Below are positions 53,787-64,000 of a DNA stretch of 64,000 nucleotides, one piece after another. Below the pieces are notes generated by a model. The model did no database searches. It saw nothing but the letters and a program-made list of their open reading frames with translations, and was not told where the DNA came from. The stretch comes from the human T2T-CHM13v2.0 reference genome, Homo sapiens: the NCBI RefSeq assembly GCF_009914755.1, contig NC_060947.1, one strand, 5' to 3'. The number at the start of each line of letters is the position of its first letter. Position 1 is the first letter of the stretch. Made by a program: the position numbers and the translations under genes.

Positions 53787-54085
53787 ACTGGGCATAGTGG
53801 CTCATGCCTGTAATCCCAGCACTTTGGGAGGCCAAGGTGTGCAGATCACCTGAGGTCAGGAGTTCGAGATCAGCCTGGCCAACATGGCAAATCCCCATGT
53901 CTACTAAAAATACAAAAATTAGCCAGATGTGGTGGTGGGTGTCTGTAATCCCAGCTACTCGGGAGGCTGAGGCAGGAGAATCACTTGAACCCAGGAGGCG
54001 GAGGTTGCAGTGAGCAGAGATGCTGAGATCATGCCATTGCATTCCAGGCTGGGCAACAAGAGCAAAACTCTGTCTCAAAAAATAA
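53787..54085 (+). mobile_element. AluSx-like, with a tail decayed into GA-rich repeat (to ~54140)
   Basis: gatcacctgaggtcaggagttcgaga dimer. Confidence 0.92.
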
Positions 54086-54164
54086 AGAAAGAAAGAAAAA
54101 GAAAGAGAGAGAGAGAGGAAAGGAAAGGAAAGGAAAAGAGGAAATATTTGAATCAATGTTGTGT

Positions 54165-57060
54165 AGGAGGAGGCAGAGCAAGATAGCAGAATAGAAGGTT
54201 CCACCTATTGTCCCCACCCCTTGCAAGGACACCAATTTAACAACTATCTATACAAGAAAAACACTGTCGTAAGAACCAAAAATTAGGTGAGTACTCATAG
54301 GACCTGGTTTTAACTTTATATCACTGAAAGAGGCCCTGAAGAGGCAGGAAAAAAAACAGTCTTGAATTGTCACATCACCCCTCCCCCAACCCCTGGCAGT
54401 AAGTGTTTCTGTGTGCTGGTGGAGGGAGAGTGCAGCAATTGTGAGTCATTGAACTCAGTGCTGTCCTGTTAGAAAGGAAAAACAGACCAAACACAGCTGA
54501 TGCTCCCCACCACCCCAACAGAGGGAGTATTTATATTAGCCCTTGCCAGAGGGGAATCTCCAATGCAGGCTAAAATGCCCTGGGGCCCTTGAAAGGCAGT
54601 TTAGGCCAAAAGTATTGCAACTTTTATTAGTCCTAGTGCTGAACTCAGACAAGAGACAGTAGTCTAGGGGGACACGTGACCTACTGACACAGCAGCCAGG
54701 GAAGTTAAGTGAGTGCTGGCCTCATCCCTCTACTAACCCCAGGCTGCACAGCTCATGGCTCCAACAGAGACCCCTTCCTTACACTTGAGGAGAGGGAAGA
54801 GTAGGGAGGACATTGTCTTGCAGCTTGGATAACAGCTCAGCAACAGCAGGATAGGGCACCAGTCAGAGTAATGATGCCCACTTTCCTGGCCCTAGCTCCA
54901 GGATGACATTTCCAGACATCTTCTGGGCCAGAAGGGAACCTGCTGCTTTGAAGGTAAGAATCCAGTCCTGGTAGCATTCATCATCTGCTAACTGAAGAGC
55001 CACTGGGCACTGAACAACCAGCAGAGATACCTAGGTACTATGTTGAGGGCCTTGGGTGAGGCTCTGAGACTTGCTAGCTTCAGGTACCAGCTTTGCCACT
55101 GAAGTATAGAGCACCAAGTGGGCTCTTGGAGTCCCTGATTCCAGAACTTGGTTTTTGGATGGTATTTTTGGATCTGCCCTGGGTCAGAGGGGAGCCCACT
55201 GCCCTGAAGGGTGACTCCCAGGCCAGGCAACATTTACCACAAGCTGACTCAAGATCACTTGGTCCTTAAGGGGACATTGGTGGTAGTCTGACAGTACTTC
55301 ATATAAACCTGTGGTGGCAGTGGCCATGGAGTAAGGCTCTTCTGCCTTTGGAAACGGGTGGAAAGAGTGGGAAGGAACACATCTTGCAGTTTGAGTTCCA
55401 GTGCTGCAGCAGCACAACAGAACACCAGGTAGACTTTTAAGGTTTTTGACTCTAGTTCCTGGCTCCCTGCCAGCACTCTGGGCCCTCCTGGGGGCATGGG
55501 TAACTCACCACCCTGAAGGAAAAGACATAGGCCTGGCTCGCCTCACCACCTACTGACTGTAAAGCCCCAGGGCCTTGTGTGAACAGAGGCAGCAGCCAGG
55601 GAGTGATTACAGCAGGCCTTGGGCAAAACCTAGCATTGTGCTGGCTTCAGGGCTGATCCAGCACAATCATAGTGGTGGCGGTTGCAGGGGTGCTTGTGTC
55701 ACTCCACCCTCAGCTTCAGGTGGTTCAGAATGGAAAGACACTTTGTTTGTTTGTGAGAAAGTAAGGGAAGAGAACAAGAATCTCTGCCTGGTAACCCAGA
55801 GAATTCTGTTAGAACTTTTTCAGAACCATCAAGGTGGTACCTGTATGAGTCTGTGGACCCACAATATTACTGGGCTTGGGATGCCCTGTAAAGCAGACAC
55901 AGCTTTGATCACAACACCCAAGTCCTTTGGAATATCTGGAAAGCCTTCTCAAGAAGGACAGGTACAAACAAGACCAGACTGTAAAGACAATAAATACCTA
56001 ACCCTTCTATGCCCAGACACAGACAGACATCTACAAGTATCAAGACAATCCCGGAAAACCTAACCTCACCAAATGAACTAAACCAGACACCAGGGACCAA
56101 TCCTGGAAAAACAGAGATATGTGACCTTTCAGACAGAGAATTCAAAAGAGCTGTGTTGAGGAAACTCAAAAAAATTCAAGATAACAGAGAAGAAATTTAA
56201 AGTTCTATCAGATAAATTTAACAAAGAGATTAAAATAATTACAAAGAATAAAGCAGAAATTCTGGAGCTGAAAAATGCAATTGACATACTAAAGAATGCA
56301 TCAGAGTTTTTTGTTTTTTTTTTTTTTTACAGCAGAATTGATCAAGCAGAAGAAAGTATTAGTGAGCTTGAAGACAGGCTACTTAAAAATAGACAGTCAG
56401 AGGAGACAAAAGAAAAAAATAAACAAAATAAAGCATGCCTACAGGATCTAGAAAATAGCCTCAAAATGCAAATCTAAGAGTTATTGGCTTTAAGGAGGAG
56501 GTAGAAATTAATAGGGGTAGAAAGTTTGTATAAAGGGATAATAACAGAGAACTTCCCAAGCCTATAGAAAGATATCAACATTCAAGTACAAGAAAGTTAT
56601 AGAACACCAACCAGATTTAATTCAAAGATCACCTCAAAGCATTTAATATTCTGGCTCCTGAAATTCAAGGATAAAGAAAGGATCCTAAAACAGCAAGAGA
56701 AAAAGAACAAATAACATACAATGGAGGTCCAATATGTCCAAGACATAGTCAGTACAATAAAATAGAAAACAAAAAGTGAAAAAGCAGGGGGATGGACATA
56801 AGGTGTAGAATTTCTATTAGTTTTCTTTTTGTTTGTTTCTTTATGCAAACAGTGTTAAGTTGTTATAAGCTTAAAATGGGTTATAAGATAGTATTTGCAA
56901 ACCTCATAGTAACCTCAAATCAAAAAACATATAATGGATACACAAAAATAAAAAGCAAGAAACTAAACTATATCTCCAGAGAAAATCACCTTCACTAAAG
57001 GAAGACAGAAAGGAAAGAAAGAAGACCACAAAACAACCAGAAAACAAATAACAAAATGTA
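54165..57060 (+). mobile_element. L1M/L1MA 5' UTR plus partial ORF1, 3'-truncated
   Basis: Starts gaggcagagcaagatagcagaatagaaggttccacc; ORF1 remnant EICDLSDREFKRAVLRKL; same 5' UTR type as the L1 at 16-18 kb. Confidence 0.85.
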
Positions 57061-57819
57061 ATTACCTGCATTTCCATCAATAAAGGAATGTTAAAATATT
57101 TTTTAAAAGTCGTGTGTAATACTTCTTTTGATCCTAAGAAGAACAAGTACAATTTAAGAGCCATATTTTGGTCAATCAGGGAAATTGAACATGGATATTT
57201 TTGTGTGCCCTTAGAGAATAATTCTAATTTCTGTTAGAGGCAAGGATGACATTTTGGTTATTTTTTCCTAAAATCCTATTGGTTAGAGTGTATATTATTG
57301 TAAACTGCATGGATTGAATATCTTGTTAGGATTCATACATGAAGTCATATGATAGTTGAAATATACTTTGAGATATTTCAGTAGAAGTGAAAATAAAACA
57401 TAATTTGTAAATGTTGATTATTGTTAAACTGGTTGCTGAGTACATGGAATTTTTTCCACATTGTTCTATCACCTTTGTTTCAAAATGTTCGCGATAAAGA
57501 GTAAACAAGAACAACCAAATCAGAATTTGAGTGTATTAAGAAATATGAGTAAAAATACCAAAAATAAGAGTTGATTATGGTCACATTTACAGAGCTATAA
57601 TTGCTTGAGTTTCAAGGCAGAATTGGAAAACATGATTTTTGTTTTAAGTATTGTCAAAATATTCAACAGCTTAATGGAGGTACAAAGTATCAATTTTTAA
57701 TGGGCCTTTATATCAGAATGTAATATGTGGAAGGAAATTCTGAAAGAAGTTCACTATATTGATGACAAGGTCACCTCTGGGAATGACACAAAGATTAGAA
57801 TTGTTGAACTTTCATTAAT

Positions 57820-58160
57820 TCCTTCAGCAAACATTTGTTGAACACCTAGTGTATGGTGATCATATTCTTAATGCTGCAACTACAGCCATGAAATAAACAC
57901 AAAAAACGATCCTATTCACATAGAGCTCACATTCTAGTAGAGGAGACTGATAAAACAGGATCAATAAGTTATGTATGTATCATAATAGTCATATGCGCTA
58001 CACAGCAAACTGAGCAGGGAAGGGAACACTGTGGGATGGGTGTGGGATTTTCATCTCTGGGTAGATTGTGCAGCTAAGGCCTCGCTAAGAAGGAGACATG
58101 GGAGAAAAGATCTGAAGGAGGAGATGAGAGAGCTCCATGGATATCTGGGGATGGGGGTTG
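57820..58160 (-). mobile_element. L2 3' end
   Basis: ttcagcaaacatttgttgaacaccta...gagctcacattctagt. Confidence 0.65.
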
Positions 58161-58311
58161 CAATGAGAGAGAGTATCCTGATCTTCCCATGGATTTTTCC
58201 CTGTCAATGTATTCATCACTGACAAACAGTAATGTTTCCCCAATTTTGATGCAAGACGTGCTTCGTTGTTGTTTGGCAATGTGAATTGGTCAGCATTAAG
58301 GCCACAGTTAC

Positions 58312-58563
58312 CTTCATGGTTCACACAATTAGTACATGGTTTCAGATCTTTGATGCTTTGAACGAATTCAGGGTGTAGCCACACATAGTAACTGTGCATG
58401 CTTCTATAAAATAGATCTTTTGGGAATATGTATAAACAGGTCCTTGCAATAATCTCAAATGGTTCAGGCCAGTTTTGCAAGGCGTTTATAGCTACTTGAG
58501 TAGCAGTGCTGTATGAATTTCAAACCTCTACTTCACACCCAATGTCAGGATACTCAGCCATCA
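58312..58563 (-). pseudogene. Putative disabled coding exon (252 nt, phase 1-1)
   Basis: Acceptor ctttttttattccAG| and donor GAAG|GTAACT; the frame is open except for one TGA at 58520-58522. Confidence 0.45.
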
Positions 58564-58977
58564 CTGGAATAAAAAAAGCTACAAGTGGGAGAACATTTCT
58601 GTATCCCAAGATGTAAAGCTAACAAGATATTTATTAATATTTCATTAAATTCAGAGACAATAGCTTAAGCAAGCAGAAAAGGTGGATCAGTATTGTTGAC
58701 CACAAGCCTGAATTCCAGCACATCACTTTGTGAAGTCACTAATTGACCACAGTTGATTACATCAAAATTTGTTTTTCCCTATGAAGTCCAGACCATCTTC
58801 AGCCTTAGGCTTATTTCTCCTAAGATTGTATAATGGCTTGAAGGTTTTTAAAATTGTTGTTCTTGCTGTATTTTTAAACAGTTAAAGAGACTGGGTTTTC
58901 TTTTTTTATGCTGAATTCTTAGGAAAATTGGTTTTTATCTGGCTAAGGAACTCAACAACACTTTCTTTTCTTCTCAG

Positions 58978-59169
58978 GTTACAGTATTGTAAGAAAATAT
59001 AAGAGTGTGATTTACAGTTGGTGTGGCCCTGTGGTGGTGTGGACCCAGACTTCAAGCACAGATGAAGATCATACACTGATTTACCACATCAGATAGGTAT
59101 GTAACTCAATTATCAATTGTACTTTGATTGTGTTTTACCCCATTCTGTACAATAGGCTCCTTTCTAAAG
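58978..59169 (+). other. Putative non-coding internal exon (alternative donors at 59096 and 59169)
   Basis: Acceptor ctttcttttcttctcAG|; donors TAG|GTATGT and AAG|GTAAGT. Confidence 0.45.
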
Positions 59170-60322
59170 GTAAGTATCTCACTGAACTTCCTCTCTTAAT
59201 ATCTGGTTAGGCACTGTGTCCATGTATAGCCCATGGCTAGAGTTAATTATGATGATCATGAGCATTTCCCTTGTGTGATTGAAAATAACCTATTTGGTAA
59301 ATTCCAATATTGCTGAACTCAGTTTAGACTCAAAGCCCCAGAAAAGGTCACTATTTAACTAGAGCAGAATGCCTTGGTATTTAGAAGCATGACTTTCTAT
59401 AATGTTTTCACTGGTATCATGGAGATTTGGTAGGAACTGTGTTCCTTAGGCTTTGACTTGCATCATAGCTACATTCTCAGTGCTCAACATTGAGCAAAGA
59501 TAGGCAGGGTTATTTCAGTAACCTGGGACCTTGCAAGGCTCTCAGAATAGCCTGATACTTCTATAAACCTTAGAGCTGGGAAAGAATTTGAGGTGACCCT
59601 GTTTGTCCCCTTGGATTGCTGAGAAAAGGACCCTCTAGCATCTTACAATGGAATCTCTGAAGGCTCTGTGAGCCTTCCCATGTGAAGTGTACTCCGCCAC
59701 GTGGCCTTGTAGTTAAGCAGTTTACTTTACTGAAACCACTGTTGGAAAGGATTTGGCATGGACTTATTTGTGGTGCCTTTTAAGGAAGAAAACTACCACT
59801 ATCAAATACCAGCTGCATAACATTCTTTCCTCCATAACACAGGGCAGATTCACAGTGACATTCATAGGTGAATATTATTTATGATGTATTATTCTTTTGT
59901 GATTTTAGTAATACACACTGTAGTTGATTTAAAATGTTATAAAAAAGTTTGATCAGGGAGTCATAAGGGACTGCTTCCAATCTTTCTATTGGCTTCTAAT
60001 CTCTTATGGATCACATAGCACACACAGTCTCCCAGTGACCTGAGCTGGCTAGTTCAGGGTTCAACAGACACTGGCTTTGTGTGCTGTGCCCTTATGATTA
60101 TGTTCTGTTAACCAAAAGCATTGGGGCAGAGAAAGATAATGAGACCAGGTAAAAGAGGATAGTCAGCATCACAAAGCCATTATGACTCATTAACTTGTCA
60201 TCTCTGATTTTGACCAGATCATTTTACTGCTCCAGATTTGAATTTCCTCAACTAAAATAGGGTCAAATAAATGAATGGTTCTTAAAATATTATGATTAAG
60301 GACCTTTTGGGGAAGCTGGTGA

Positions 60323-60844
<522 letters not shown>

Positions 60845-60852
60845 TAAATTTG

Positions 60853-61022
60853 CCGGGGCCTGTTGTGGGGTGGGGGGAAGGGGGAGGGATAGCATTAGGA
60901 GATATACCTAATGCTAAATGATGAGTTAATGGGTGCAGCCCACCAACATGGCACATGTATACATATGTAACAAACCTGCACGTTGTGCACATGTACCCTA
61001 AAACTTAAAGTATAATAAAAAG
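60853..61022 (+). mobile_element. Short 5'-truncated young L1PA 3' end
   Basis: G-rich tract, gatagcattaggagatatacctaatg...taccctaaaacttaaagtataataaaa; TSD AAATTTG (60846-60852 and 61023-61029). Confidence 0.92.
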
Positions 61023-61867
61023 AAATTTGAATTAAAACAATGACCAATCATAGTCAGCAGTCAGCAAGATCTTGCTACTCTGCCCTCATCACTTACCACT
61101 TTTCTCCTTAGTTGCTTTGTCTTAGTCACACAGGTTTTCCTTTTTTTAAGCTGTGGTAGTACAGGTATAATTGACAGATGATAATCTGCCCTTAAAGTGT
61201 ATGATTTGATAAATATTGCCATATGTGACAGTTGTGAAAGTATCAGCACAATGAAGAGGGCAGACATATTCATCACAATCTAAAGTTCCAAATCCCTCTG
61301 TATACACAATAATGAGACCTACATTGTTGCTCCAAAGAGGACTTTTTAGTTATTTATATTGTATTTAGGAATAATTTAGTATTCAGTCAGTTACATATGT
61401 GTTTTAAAAGCATGCACCTGGAGTGTTTGAATGTTCCTGAGAAATTCCTTTACTATGTATTTGTACTTCCCACTCCAGATCCAATGTTACTTAAATAAAA
61501 TATTTTACTAGAAATCCAATAATCTTATTATATATTATTTTCTTGCAGCTTTTGGTTTTAGAGTAATTTTGAGTTATAATTATTTTCAAAATGGGGTCTT
61601 TGGCACACCTCAACCCATAATAAGCCATGAAAGAAAATTTAAAAATTATATAACCATGAAAGTTGAAAATATTTCAAATCCTTTTAAAACTCATGGGAAT
61701 GTGGTCAAATATATTAATGTATACTTGGTTATGGGTCTTAATAAGCCCAGCATTGAAAACAGTAAGTTAGCTAAGGAAAGAATATGTGGTAGCTGATGTT
61801 TTATGTATGGTGTAAGTCAGTTTCTCTTAAAGCAATTGATAAAAGATTTTAATATGAAAAATGGTAA

Positions 61868-62178
<311 letters not shown>

Positions 62179-63060
62179 TATATATATATATATAAATTTG
62201 TTTACCACAATAAAAGTAATAATCTGCATAGAATTAGAGGCTGGAAGCCACCTTATGCCTGAGGGATCTGATAATTTCTAATCACTTGTGTTCAATCTTA
62301 ATAGATTTTTGGGGAACTAGGCAAAAGTTGAAAAAGTTAAAAAAAAGCAGTAGAAAATTCCAAAAATGTAAGATTATTGAGTATTTGATATAGTTGTTTT
62401 ATTTATTTGTGTCATACATCCTTTCCCTTCTCTTTTGCAAGACCTTGTAGATATTGTTTTAACTACAGATCACTTTATATTTCTAGACCTAAAACATAAT
62501 CACCACATATTGATTTGCTTGTCCTGATAAAGTCAGCATATGGTAATCTAACATTTCTTTTTGCATCACCTTTAATAGATATGAAAGAAAACCACTTGCC
62601 TTATTATATTAAAGTGGGAAATGACATGAAATAATATTAGGTTGCTGAAAGTTATCTTTAGAAACAATCAACCTAAATAAATCTCCATTGCATTCCTTCA
62701 ACTTTCACTTCTTCATTATAGATAGTTCCTTTGTAGAACCATGGGATAGTTACCTAGTTCTATCTGCTATAGTCTTTAAGTCAATCTTGTTGATAGGAAC
62801 AAATAACAAATAATAATCCCCACCTTCTTTGCTTAGAGTGAGCCCAATTAGCTTCTTGGAATTTTCTACTTTATAATTTTAATATGATACTACTACTACA
62901 TAGAGGTTTGGTGAAATTTGAGGATGCCTTTTTCATGTTAATAATTTACATAAATGACTTTGAGCTAATGACAGCTTTACAAATATTTTAATGTTATATG
63001 TATATACACTATCTTATTTTATGAAAGCATACTTGTAATTATATTAGGCTCTATCCAAAG

Positions 63061-63082
63061 TTTTCTTTATTTTTCTTCCAGG
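63061..63082 (+). other. Strong splice-acceptor-like site
   Basis: ttttctttatttttcttccAG|G; the exon end cannot be determined. Confidence 0.3.
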
Positions 63083-64000
63083 CTGTATGAAACGTTAGGA
63101 TAGTATTTCTCTCCTGCTGGTGGAAGAAAGAAGAATTGAAGAACAAGGCAAAAACTCTGATAGGAAACTAAAGTGCTTATATGTTACTGTCTTATCAATA
63201 TTGACTTTTATTGGAGATTAGATTACTTTCCAGAAGTTTTATAAAATCACACAAGTTACTTTGGGACTTCTGAAGAAATGTCTTAGGTCTTTCTGCTTCT
63301 AGAATAGATTATAAGAGCTTGAACAGAAAATTTGCAAATTTGCAGTCAGTTTTATTGGTGGGAAAACTGTGCTTTTTAATAGACCTTTATGTGTTTAATG
63401 TTCTTAAGTAGCATATCCAAAACTTTCTTTCAGGATATTAGAATCCACTTAATTTGGGGCTAGCAATTTCACCAGAGACACAGGACTGAAGCAAATTGTG
63501 ATTATTTATTTGCCAAAGATTTCTGTAAGATGGATTTTGGGAAAAGCAGCCCTAAAATTAATGAACACATTTCAGTATTTAATGCTTTTTCTCATCACCA
63601 ACACTTAGAATGAAAGCATGTCTTCTCTTGTTTCTGGTCATTTAAAGAGGCATATGAAGTAGTAAAAACAGGTCATAGAATGATAGACACTCATTATGAG
63701 ATCTGATCTCAGCCTTGCTGCTAATTGACTGTGGACTTAAGTCAGTCACTTACAACCCCTTGCGTATCATAGATTATTCATCATTATAAGGGGAGATAAG
63801 AGTACAGGACTTCTAAGAAGGCCTTTTCCAGTTCATATACTTCAGACATGTATTTCTGATTCTATGTGTGGTTATAGATTGTTTAGCTAATTTTAAAATA
63901 CAAGCAAAAGGATTGTGTGCCTATTTGTAGATGTACAAAGGAATCATTTATGGAAGGAAATTGTGGACAGTGTGCTAGTGTAGGTGCCAAGCTCTAAAAG

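Overview
Primate (human-like) genomic DNA, mostly transposable elements, with no intact protein-coding gene that I can identify. From left to right: a Harlequin/HERV-E-type provirus (LTR2, tRNA-Glu PBS) with a ~1.07 kb internal inversion; nested old L1, MaLR, MER4-group ERV and Alu elements; a 22-41 kb zone of anciently duplicated, unannotated modules (7 copies of a core reading [VLFI]PLDG[ST][IV]xPEMP, two of them inverted); a full-length L1PB1; a (TG/CG/CA) minisatellite; a CpG-island promoter near 50 kb with splice signals on both strands; and a frame-preserving pseudo-exon at 58.3-58.6 kb. The most striking signal is a ~1.94 kb insert (25988-27929) flanked by a 14-bp target-site duplication. 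It holds two inverted Alus that both carry strand-specific T>C (minus-strand A>G) hypermutation, which looks like an ADAR-hyper-edited dsRNA retrotransposed into the genome. Subfamily names are from memory of consensus sequences; many boundaries and all mutation counts were done by eye and are approximate.
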